Position numbers and translations under genes: made by a program. 64,000 nucleotides of DNA from the human T2T-CHM13v2.0 reference genome, Homo sapiens. Below the pieces are notes generated by a model, which was not told the DNA's origin, searched no databases, and saw only the letters and a list, made by a program, of their open reading frames with translations. Each line of letters begins with the position of its first letter. The first letter of the stretch is position 1. Positions 45,218 through 58,228 of the stretch are shown here, piece after piece. The stretch lies in the NCBI RefSeq assembly GCF_009914755.1, contig NC_060928.1; one strand, written 5' to 3'.

Positions 45218-46911
45218 CTGAGGCTCAGAGAGGCAGAGTGCCTTGGCCAAGGTCCTGATGCCAGCCAAATGCAGAGCTGGAGTCCGGACTCAAGTCTACC
45301 CGGCTCTAGAGCTGTGCACTTTCCCTTAGAGTCCTTTCTAAGGGGGTTTGTGTGAGGCAGTGTCACCCATAAGATGGGTCCCATAGCTCAGGTTCCAGAG
45401 ACAGGAATAGCATGTCGAGTGTAGAACATGGGTTGGACTGTCAGTAATGAGCAGTGAGGCAGAGTAAATGAAAAGGAAGTGGCAAGGGTTCTTCACTGCT
45501 GAGGCCTTTGTGCTGTGAGCTGGTTGGTGCCCAGGGCCTTGTGAATGCTGTCCACTGTGCTTTGACGAGGCCTCCACAGGCCTTATTCTTGAAGTGCTGA
45601 CTGTGTTCTAGAATAAGCACCAGCTAGGATACAGTCTGTTTTCGCAGTTCCAGTACAGGGCAAGGCATATAGAAAGGCATTAGTAAATATTTAAGTTGAA
45701 CTAAGCACAGGAAAGCCATGTATTCATGACTTATTTCCTGAGTCAGCATTTATTGGTGGTCCGCAGTGATTCAGGCTCCTTGTTGGGTGCTGACAGTTCG
45801 GTGAAAGCTCAGATCAGAAACAGGTTGGGCAGTAGGGAGGAAGCAAAGGGGAAGAACAGACTTTACATAAGACCTGTCCTAGAAGCTGCCATTTCAGAAG
45901 CACTCGTCACTGTGGTCTTCAGTGTTCAGGAGCAGGTGTACCTATTTCTGGGCACAGAAGAAGTCACTGAGGCCCATGGTGTGAGGTCCAGGTTGGTTTG
46001 CCTTCGGGGTCTTTGCTGCTTCTGCTACATCAGACCACCTTTCCCAGAGACACGTCCACACCCATCACAGCTGGGCCTGCCTCCACATTATGGGTCTGCA
46101 CTGTGCCTGGCGGGGTATAAAGCATGCTAAGTTCCAGGGCTCAGCAGCTAACTGCCTGAGCAAGAGAGCCTTCCTCCTGCTCGCGGCAGGGGCTGAGGGG
46201 CCTGTGGGTGTGGCCAGCTCAGCGTCCTGGGTGGGCTGTGTGGGTAGCCCATTAAAATGGCTACACTTTGGGTCAGAAAAATCTCCTGTCCTGCCACACT
46301 GCCTGCCCACCAAACCTGCTCCCCACCGCCCCAGCTCCACCCACTCTCTGAGGGTCCCCTCTGTCAGCTGCTGCCCCAGTGGTAAAGCTTCAAGAGTCAC
46401 CTCTGTGTCCCCAGTGCCTGGCCCCATGCCTGGCTCAGTGTCCTAGGTCAAAGAATGCGTCTGTGCCTGAGGGTCACCTTCCTCGGTCCCTTTTCCAGTG
46501 CACCCTGTACGCTGCCTAACCAGTGGCTCATGAGGAGTCAGGGCTGAGGGTTCGCTGTCCTTCCAACACCGCCTTCCTGGCCGTTCTTTAATTGTGGCTT
46601 GCCACTCCTCCCGATGAGGCATGTGGATCAGAGCAGGGGCCCTTCAGCTGTCTCCGTCTTCCTACAGAGTTTTCAGTGTTTCGACTGTCAAGCATCTACA
46701 TTTTGTAGGACTGACTTTAGGTCATTTCACTTCTGAAAATATTTCCCATTGCCGGCCAGTGGCAGAATTATCTAGAGGTGTGAGTGAGCTTTATAATAAA
46801 TAATCTTGAGCTAACAAAAGAATCGGGGACTACATTCCATGTTATGGTTAGCGTTTCTGAAATTATGTTTAATGATCCTTGGAGATGCTGTCATTGCCTG
46901 GAGTTTCCATC

Positions 46912-47211
46912 TTTTTTTGTTGTTGTTGTTGTTGAGATGGAGTCTCGCACTTTCACCCAGGCTTGAGTGCAGTGGTGGATCTCGGCTCACTGCAAGCTCC
47001 GCCTCCCGGATTCACGCCATTCTCCTGCTTCAGCCTCCTGAGTAGCTGGGACTGCAGGCGCCCGCCACCACCCCCAGCTAATTTTTGTATTTTTAGTAGA
47101 GATGGGGTTTCACTGTGTTAGCCATGATGGTTTCGATCTCCTGATCTCGTGATCCTCCCAACTAGGCCACCCAAAGTGCTGGGATTACAGACGTGAGCAA
47201 CCGCGCCCAGC
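46912..47211 (-). mobile_element. Alu with (GTT)n tail
   Basis: Antisense Alu, AluY/Sc-like. Confidence 0.88.
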
Positions 47212-47581
47212 TCGAGTTCCCATTTAAAAGGAAAGGTTCAAGGGGGAGTGACTGTTGGGAGGTTTCCGTTTCTGCTGCCTCTTGCACTTGGGTCGTCTCT
47301 GGCCTGTCAGTTCTGGGGTACAGGTTGCCCCACGAGTGCCTTAGGAGCCGGGAGCATCTTGCTGAGCACGTCTGGCTTAGGCTGGGTCTTTATGGGCATG
47401 TGGAGGAGGGAAGAGCGTCCCCTGCCTGCACTGGGGACCTGCTCGAAGGGAGGGGCAGCAGCCTGTGCATCGTTGGCACACCCTGGCCTGGCTGAAGTGG
47501 GAGCCTGCATTCTCATGCGGTGCTCATGATGTTTACTTTCATGTCTGTTGGCCCCTGCCAAGTGCTGGGACAGAAAGACTG

Positions 47582-48067
47582 GAACCCTGCTGGGCTCAGG
47601 TTAGGGAGGACTCTGGGGCACAGAGGTGGGTATGTGAACCCCGCTGGGCTCAGGTTAGGGAGGACCCTGGTGCACAGAGGTGGGTATGTGAACCCCGCTG
47701 GGCTCAGGTCAGGGAGGACTCTGGGGCACAGAGGTGGGTATGTGAACCCCGCTGGGCTCAGGTTAGGGAGGACCCTGGGGCACAGAGGTGGGTATGTGAA
47801 CCCCGCTGGGCTCAGGTCAGGGAGGACTCTGGGGCACAGAGGTGGGTATGTGAACCCCGCTGGGCTCAGGTCGGAGAGGACTCTGGGACACAGAGGTGGG
47901 TATGTAAACCCTGCTGGGCTCAGGTTAGGGAGGACTCTGGGGCACAGAGGTTGGTATGTGAACTCCTCTGGCCTTAGGTTGGGGAGGACTCTGGGGCACA
48001 GAGGTGGGTATGTGAACCCCACTGGGCTCAGGGTGGGGAGGACTCTGGGACACAGAGCTGGATATAT
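47582..48067. repeat. 54-bp minisatellite, ~9 copies
   Basis: Unit GAACCCCGCTGGGCTCAGGTTAGGGAGGACTCTGGGGCACAGAGGTGGGTATGT recurring at 47582, 47636, 47690 ... 48014. Confidence 0.97.
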
Positions 48068-48489
48068 GTCTAATTGCTTTCAGAATCAAGGTGAGCGCAG
48101 TTTATGGGTTTAACTAAGTTTGAACTGAGTCTTAAGTAACCATCTCCAACTTTTAACAAATGGGATTGTGTGTTTGGAGTTTAATGTTGCTTTATTTAAG
48201 CTTCACAAAATCTAATGAGGCTCAGTAGTAACCCTGTTCTTACCTAGCACTGTCTAATCTAACTGTTGATGTTTCTGGGAATACAGGGAGCCCTGTGGTT
48301 GGGGGAGGGGCGGAGTGCCATTCATGAGCCAGCCTGGGAGTGAGGGCGCCTCCTTAGCAGCTGGTCAGGTTGGGAAAATGGGGACACAGCTAGAAATTGG
48401 TAATGTTGGGCCTTGAAGGTCCAAGTCGCTGGTTTTGGCTTCTTAATGGGTGAGACTACCTGCTGACTTTCCCTTTTACTTTAAGCTAG

Positions 48490-48773
<284 letters not shown>

Positions 48774-49154
48774 TAACAAGGATTCAGTTGAACAGTCCCT
48801 GTAAAAATGTATGAAACGAGCACTTTCTGTTGTGTGCAGCCCGGGGCCCTGATTAGTAGACAGGGCAGAGGCCAGTTCTGTTCCGTGGATGCCGTCTTCC
48901 TCCTTCACGACAGCCCTGAACTGCCCTCGTCCTTACCCCATGGTGCTTCCTTGCCTCTAGCAAGCTCAGACAAGCAGGCGGAACAGACCTGGCTAGGTAA
49001 GAATTTTCTGGAAGTTGTGAAGACACATCAGCAAAAACTGCCCCTTTCCTCCCTCACGTATCACGGGGGAAACAGATACGCAGCTTTTGTCTGGGGTCTT
49101 TTCTAAGCTGAGAGACACGTCATTTGTTTAGCGACATAGAAATATATCATTTTG

Positions 49155-49450
49155 GGCTGGGTGTGGTGTCTCATGTCTATAGTCCCAGCACTTTGAGAGG
49201 CTGAGGTGACAGGATCATTTTAGCCCAGGAGTTCAAGACTAGTCTGGGCAACACAGTGAGACCCTATGTCTACAAATAACTTAAAAATTAGCCGGTGTGG
49301 TGGTGTGTGCCTGTAGTCTCAGCTACTCAGGAGGCTGAGCTAGGAGGGTCACCTGAGCCCAGGAGGTCTAGGTTGCAGTGAGCCGTGATTGTGCAACTGC
49401 ACTCTGGCCTGGGCGACACAGTGAGACCCTGTCTTAACAAAAAGAAAAGA
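49155..49450 (+). mobile_element. Alu (AluJ-like)
   Basis: Diverged Alu consensus. Confidence 0.85.
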
Positions 49451-50811
49451 GAAGAATTATGTTATTTTGCATTAGTTGAAGTTGTACTTGAAATTACTTT
49501 TTTTTTTTTTACTTTTAAAAACATACTTTTATTTATTACTTTTAAAAAAATACCATTTTTGATCTACAACGCAATAATATGCAGTGGTCAGAGGCAAAAC
49601 GTAAACATCTTTTGGGAGAGAAAAACCCTTGAATTCTGTCTTCCGACCATGGGAGGAGTACTGAGCCGTCTCTGGGAAGGCCAAGGGGCCCTTCCCGTCC
49701 TGCTTCTGTGAGCCTGAGGGCAGCAGGGGAAGGTGGACCTTGAACCAGGAGGGCCGTGTGGACAGTAGCCCCCTTGTTCCGACCGGTTCTGATCCCATGG
49801 CAGGGCTTCTTTGGGGCCAGGACAGAGCCTGGTGTCCCCCTTCAGTGGCCTGTTCACGGCTGGCTTTCAAATCTAAATGTGGTTTAAAATAAAGCCCACA
49901 TTTGGAAGCTCCTGATAATGATGTGGGAGCACCTCTGAGCAGTCCCTGCTGGAGGAGAGAATGGGAGAAGAGGAGCCTCAGTTCAAGACTGTGGGGCGGG
50001 GTCTCTGCCCTTGAGGCACTTCCAGCCTGGAGCAGGGGACAGAAGTGGCTTAGGACGGTGCAGAGCTCTTGGAGTGGAGTCCAGGGGCTGGAGAGGCCAT
50101 GGGGAGCCCTGACTGGGGCAGAGGGCCTGGGAGCTGCTTGCTGAGAGGCCTGCCAGAGCCTGCAAGGCCCAAAAGATGCAGGATGGTGTGCGAGGCAGAG
50201 GGAAGTGTCCAGGAGTGTCAGGAGCGTCCCTTCACTGACTCAGTGTAAAGGAAGGTGAAGAATGCCAGGGCCTCATGAAGGAGGGTGCGTGCAGTGCAGC
50301 GTGAACATTTCAAGGAAACTTGGTCCAGCCTGAGGGTCAGGAAATGACCTTCCAAGAAATAGTGACACACAGCATGTGGGAAGAGCCTGCAGGGGACAGA
50401 GGCTGATGCCAGGAACAAGCCCAGAGGCCGCAGTGAGTAGCCAGGCATGGTCGCAGCACGGCGTCAGCAGTAAGCATGGCCAGGAGGTGGAAGCTCATGG
50501 GATTGGAAGTGGATTTGTCTCATGGAAATGCAGAGCAGGGGGCATCGTGGGCATAGTGAATGGCATTCTGGGTCATTCCAGTGGTGACTTAATTTTATAA
50601 AGTTCATTACCTGTCTAGAGTAACTTATGGAGACTCACACATAAATCTCAGCTTAAGAATATTATGTTAAATAAAAAAAAGAACAAACTTTAGTTCTTTG
50701 GGCTTGGGGGGGTACATTGTAGAAATCTCTTTTGTTCTCTTTGCTATAAAAACTATTTGACTATATATATAAAATATGTATGGGTATAAACTATATAAAA
50801 ACTGTTGTTTT

Positions 50812-51120
50812 GGCTGGGCGTGGTGGCTCACGCCTGTAATCCCAGCACTTTGGTAGGCTAAGGTAGGTGAATCACGAGGTCAGGAGTTCAAGACCAGCCG
50901 GGCCAAGATGGTGAAACCCCATCTTTACTAAAAATACAAAAATTAGCCGGGCATGGTCGTGGACGCCTGTAATCCCAGCTACTTGGGAGGCTGAGGCACA
51001 GAATTGCTTGAACCTGGGAGGTGGAGGTTGCAGTGAGTCGAAATCGCACCACTACTGCACTCCAGCCTGGGCGACAGAGTGAGACTCCGTCTCAAGAAAA
51101 AAACAAAACAAAACAAAAAA
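50812..51120 (+). mobile_element. Alu (AluS-like)
   Basis: Full Alu with (AAAAC)n tail. Confidence 0.9.
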
Positions 51121-52841
51121 CATTGTCGTCTTTCCCCATCCGTTTTTTTCTCAGGACTCTGCTTTTTAGCAGATGTAGGGAGAGTCTGATTTCCATGTGT
51201 GAGTGGGCACACAGAGATAGTTGTGCAGGCCGAGTGGACTCTCCTGCCCTTTCTCATAGTGTTAACAAGCATGCTCTCCAGGTACAATTGAGAATATTCT
51301 CTAGACTAAGGAAACAAAAGATCTCTTTGTTCTTTCTTGAACTGTACTTTCTAGACCAGGTGGTGAAATGGTTTTCTGGTTTTGAAACAGCAAGAAGCTC
51401 GGGCTGAAGGCTTGTGATTTTAGAATCAAGCTTCCTACCAAGCCTGCGACGGTGCTGCTGCCTCATGGTGTGTGCTGAGGCTCAGACATCAGAGCGTGGG
51501 CGTTGGAGTCAGGTTCAGAGTCTGGCTCGGGACTTACTGGTGGTGAGACCTGGGTCCGTTTAGCTGTTGTCCTGAGGCGCGGTTCTGTCAGGTGTAGTGA
51601 GATGAGAGAGCCCGTCTCCCGGGCATTTCTTGATGCATGGGGTGTCCTTCCGGAGGGGCTCGCATAGCACACAGCGCCCGGTGTGCGCCCAGCTTCTGTT
51701 GTTCCTCTAGGTGCAGGTTTTCCCTGGCATCTGGCTCTCCGTTCCCTCCTCTGAGTTGAATGAAGTCTAGATTTTTAGGCCTTCCTCGACTTTTACTGTT
51801 AGAAGGTTCTGATGAGGGACAGCCTGGAACATTCCTGCTCTCATCTAGGAGCTGTGGGCTCTGTGCAATGCACGTCCATAACTGCATGTCCTCGGGACCT
51901 GGAGGACAGGCCGCATCTAACGGAGCACCCCCCGGCCGGAATCCACTGTGGGCAGAACCCATGCCCCTGTCACTTGTGAGCAGGTTGACCAGTGTGCGGG
52001 GTTTTCTGTGGAATCGTTACGGGAAAGTCAGGGTCACACTGTGGAAGCTTTAGTGGCCTGACCTCCTGACCGAGTCAGCCCCTCAGGCCGAGTCCAGTGC
52101 CTGCAGTTCAGGGGCTTTGTGGGCCCAGCACTTTCTCTGTGCCAGCACAGGAAATACTGAACTCCGTAAGAGAGGTCCTCCAGGAGGGGTGGAGATGTCC
52201 CCACCCAGCTGGGGATCCCCACCTGTACCGAGCACTGTCAGTGTTGGGCAGGTTTTGAGAGCCAGGAGCGTCTGGGAAGTCCTGCCGCAGACAGGGCGTT
52301 GGAATTCAGCAGAGATTGCCGGACAGGGCACTAGATGTGGAGCTAGGGTGTGCCATGATGAGCACCAGGCTGGGGACCAGGAGCCTAAGGGCACCCAGAG
52401 GAGGAAGGAGCCTCGTGCATGCTCCCAGGGCGGGGGGAACCTGTGCAGTGGCGCCAGCATTGAGCCCCATAGCCAGGAGGAGCACCTACCGTACGCTTGC
52501 TCTGTGGGTGGCGCGGCGTACAGCGGCCCCTAAGACAGGATGCCTGCCCCCACAGCGTGAGCACACAGTAGGGGCTCAGCACATATTCCTTGCAGGCAGG
52601 AGTCGTTGCTGTCAGTCATTCGGAAGCTGTGTGCTGCATGATTCTGTGCGGAAGCTGATAGTGCTGTGTCCTGAGCGATGTTAGAATTACCCTTCAGTGT
52701 GAGTGCAGGCCTGGCCCTGGCCCCAGCTGTTGCCTGAAAGTGACTAGGGGAGTGTTTTTCATGGAATCAGACTGGAATTCACTGTTCTTTCTTTGTTAGG
52801 AGAGATTCAAAATCTGAAAAATTCCAACTTTTACCCCCTAG

Positions 52842-53100
52842 GATCTTTACCTTATATAGTAAATCTCTGCCCCTCGACCTGGCCTGTCGTATCTGGGACG
52901 TGTTCTGTCGCGATGGGGAAGAGTTCCTGTTCCGCACGGCCCTGGGCATCCTGAAGCTGTTCGAGGACATCCTGACCAAGATGGACTTCATTCACATGGC
53001 CCAGTTCCTGACCCGGCTGCCCGAGGACCTGCCCGCCGAGGAGCTGTTTGCCTCCATCGCCACGATCCAGATGCAGAGCCGAAACAAGAAGTGGGCTCAG
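52842..53100 (+). CDS. TBC1D14: TBC1D14 exon, TBC C-terminal half ([37 protein letters not shown]...RNKKWAQ)
   Basis: CCCCCTAG| acceptor, CAG|GTCAGC donor, 259 nt, phase 2 to 0; RIWD TBC motif. Confidence 0.97.
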
Positions 53101-54447
53101 GTCAGCGGGCTTTGTGTTCTTGGCTTCCCACAGCGTAGCCGGCAAGTGGCGTGACTCAGGAAGGCCCCTACGTAAAGTGCTGTCTGAGGACGTAGCCCCT
53201 TTGATGGAGTCCCTGGGCTGGAACTGAGGGGGGCCGGGTGGAGACGTGGCTGTGCCACAGGGCGTCTCGGCGGGTCGCCTCCTCTTTGGGTTTCTGTCAG
53301 CTGGATGGGGTGTGGATAATGAAAGCCTTCCCACCTCCTCTGCAGTGGCATTGGGAGGGTCAGCACTTGTATCATTATAGTGCTCTTTACATGTTAGAAA
53401 GTACTTTGTAAGCCACGTACCCCCCTTTTTAAAAAAAATAATGCCAGAGACAGAAAGCAAAGTGGACCCACTTACTGAGCCCCGTGGCCATGCCCTGTGG
53501 CAGGCTTTTGTGTGTGTCCTTGAGAAGGAAGTGGGATTACCCCCCTCTTACAACAAAGGGAGGCCCAGAGAGGAGGGCGCGGGTCCCTCCTGGGTCTTCC
53601 CATGCGCTGCTGTGCCCTCTCTGGGCTGAGTGCCCCAAACAGTGGCGCGGATAGTCCGTATCCCTTGGTTTCCCTCCAGGCATCCCTCCTAGGTCCTGTC
53701 CCCAGTGGGATTGACCTGCATTTCCTGTTCCGAGTCTTTGTCATACTAAAAAGGAAAAAAAAACCAGTTTGGGTTCTTGATCCTGCATACACTCTGCATT
53801 GGTTTGAAGTCCTTGTTGATTGACGTCTATGAAGACTTTTCCTTTTCTGTACGTGCTACACCATGCCTGGGGGATTTCTTTGTTTTGAGAGAGGGTCTCG
53901 CTCTGTCATCCAGGCTGGAGTGCAGCCCCCGCCTCCCATGCTCAGGTGACCATCCCACCTCAGCCCCCCGAAATGTCTGTTCTTGATTTAACTTTTTTTT
54001 TTTTAATGGAAGATTTAAAATATTTACAAAACTAGAACAGCATAAAATAATGCACCCCCACACGCCTGCTCTGCAGTGTCAGTGACTGTGGAAGCGCAGC
54101 GGCTGTTGGAGCTGCCTCCCACCTCTCCCCTTCCCACCATATTGAAGCGAGTCCCAGGCACCGTGTCACCTGTTGGTGTTAGCGATCTCTGACTCATATG
54201 GGCTCTTTTAACGTAACTGCAATACCGTTACCACTCAGCTACTAACTCCTTCCTATCATCAGATATCCAGTTTTCAAATTCAGATGTCATAAATGGCTTT
54301 ATAGTTGGTTGGAATCAAGATCTAAATAAAGTCCATGCCTTGTGATTGGTTGAAAGCTCTGTTAAGCCTCTGTAATATCTATGCCACGCCACTTCTCACT
54401 TTTTAGCCCTCTCTTGCTTGCCTTTATTTGTCAAAGAAAACAGGTCA

Positions 54448-55065
<618 letters not shown>

Positions 55066-55124
55066 CAGGTCATTTGTCCTGTAACATTTCCCACTGGGGG
55101 AGAGTTTTATGGCATATACATATG

Positions 55125-56075
55125 TCACCCCCCCACACACATCACACACCTATACGTACACAATCACCCCACACACACAATCACCTCCACGCACACACAT
55201 TGCACATCCATTCAACCCCCATCTCACACACCCACACAATCACCCCCCACACACCTACACATACACAGTCACCCCACACATAGACACGCACAGATCACCC
55301 CCACGCACACTCATTGCACACCCACAGTCACACCCCTACACCTCACACCCAGTCACCCCACACACACATCACATACACAATCACCACACACCACAATCAC
55401 CCGACACGCACATCACACACCCACCCACGCATACAATTACCCTACACAGTCACATCCACACACAATCACCCCACACACATCACACACCCCCACAATCACC
55501 CCACACAATCACACACCCACACAAAATCACCCCCCACAGATCACACAACCACACACAATCACCCCCCACACATCACACACCCACATACACAATCACCCCA
55601 CACACATCACACATCCATACACAATCACCCCCTACACATATCACACACCCTTAAATACACAGTCACCCCACACAGGCATACCCACACACACACAGATCAC
55701 CCCCATGCACACACATTGCACACCCAGTCACCCACAATCACACACATACACAATCACCCCACACAGTTACCCACACGCACAGATCACCCCCCACACACAC
55801 ATTGCCCACCCCCCCACACATAGATCACCACTTACACATCACCCCACACACACCCACACATACATGCACACATCACACACCTACACATTGCATACCCACA
55901 CACACACCTACAGATCACCCCCCACATACACCTATCACAGCCCCACACACACGTCACCCCACACATCACACCCACACGTACACATTACACACCCACACAC
56001 CTCACATGCACATACACACCCACGTACAGGTGCAGGTCAGTCCCTGCACATCCACATACTGCACACCCACATACA
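55125..56075. repeat. ~950-bp degenerate CA-rich low-complexity repeat (recurring ACACAATCACCCCACAC)
   Basis: Strongly C/A-biased + strand, very few G; recurring ATCACCCC and ACACAT motifs. Confidence 0.95.
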
Positions 56076-56247
56076 CAGGAAAGGATTAAACCCAGATCAG
56101 CCATTTTGATCCTTGCATATTTTAGGGACTAGGTAAAAACTATTGGTTAAAACTGGGTCAGATTATTTGACCGTAGGACATTGTTATTAATGGGATGGTG
56201 ATAGGAGTTAGTCTGATGATGGGGGTGGGGGGCTTGGGCATCAGTGA

Positions 56248-56976
<729 letters not shown>

Positions 56977-57393
56977 TGAGCTTTTTCAAAATGACTAAAT
57001 GTTTATGTTGAGCCAGCAACCCCATTTACTTCAAGATGCAGGGGGACTTTATCTGCCATTATTCCTTTTCTGCACCTTAATTGAAACCAAAATGCTTTTA
57101 CTTTTAAATTTGTGACTCAAAGTGGCATGGTTCCTGGCCCCAGGCAGGTAGCACTGTGTTACCAAGATTCTCCTGGTTTCACCCTTGGACTTTGAGCACG
57201 TCACTTCCGTACATGTCTGTTGTTCAGGCCCCTCATGTTGGGGCATTAGCCTTCCAGAGTTTGTCGCGTGGGCTAAGCGGGTGCTGGGCGCGAAGCGCTG
57301 GCAGAGTTCTCTGCTTGGCGTGGAGCCTGTTAGTGTTGCTGCAATTGCTAAGCAGCCACAATGGCGTGGAATATCTTTTAAAAGAAGGGTGTT

Positions 57394-57677
57394 GGCCTGG
57401 CATGGTGGCTCAAGCACTTTGGGAGGCCAAGGCGGGCGTATCATGAGGTCAGGAGTTCGAGACCATTCTGGCCAATACGGTGAAACCCTGTCTGTACTAA
57501 AAATACAAAAATTAGCCAGGCGTGGTGGCACACCTCTGTAGTCCCAGCTACTCAGGAGGCTGAGGCAGAAGAATCTCTTGAACCCGGGGGTCAGAGATTA
57601 CAGTGAGCCGAGATGGCGCCACTCCACTCCAGCCTGGGTGACAGAGCGAGACTCCATCTCAAAAAGAAGAAAAAGAA
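57394..57677 (+). mobile_element. Alu
   Basis: Alu consensus with a small 5' deletion. Confidence 0.88.
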
Positions 57678-58162
57678 GGATGTTGACCAAGAACTGTGAG
57701 AACAGAGGAGGGAGCAGGCTCTGGGTGAGCTCAGGAAGGCAGGCAAGAGGAACCAGTGCCTTGAGGCCTTCTCAGGTGGCAGGCTTCCTGGTGGAGGAGG
57801 AACAGGGTGGCAGGAGTGCAGCGGGATGGGCACAGGGCTTATTAGCATCCTAGCGTTCAGGCCTGGGCTTCCTGGGTGGCCACTGCAGGACCCCAGTGAG
57901 GCCCCCAGCTGTGCTTTGACGTGGATTCTGTGGCCGGCTGGAAGGAGTGCAGCTAGCTCACCAGGCCAGAGAGGGCACGGGCAGGTGTCCATGTTGGAAA
58001 GACCACGAAGGACGTAGGAGTGGAAGACCCTGGAGGGTTGGAGGCAGTGGAAGTGGGGAGCCGGGGGACCCTGTTAGGAGGCTACTGCTGTCTCTGCTTC
58101 GCTGCTGTCAGGATCTGTGTGCGTGGTCACTTAACCTCAGCTGTCTTCCCTGTGACTTCTAG

Positions 58163-58228
58163 GTACTGACTGCATTGCAGAAAGACAGCCGGGAAATGGA
58201 GAAGGGAAGTCCGTCCCTCCGACACTGA
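58163..58228 (+). CDS. TBC1D14: TBC1D14 last coding segment (VLTALQKDSREMEKGSPSLRH*)
   Basis: GACTTCTAG| acceptor, phase 0, TGA at 58226-58228. Confidence 0.93.
   Translation, partial: VLTALQKDSREMEKGSPSLRH

Noticed and set aside
47465-48113. 170-197-aa ORFs with 18-aa repeats; array could be mistaken for CRISPR
   Set aside because: Products of a 54-bp tandem repeat; no unique spacers, no cas genes, eukaryotic intron.
52826-52841. ACTTTTACCCCCTAG resembling a U12 branch site
   Set aside because: The upstream donor is GTAAGA (U2 type), not RTATCCTT.
52852-53460. 202-aa minus-strand ORF
   Set aside because: Antisense shadow of the GC-rich TBC1D14 exon 52842-53100.
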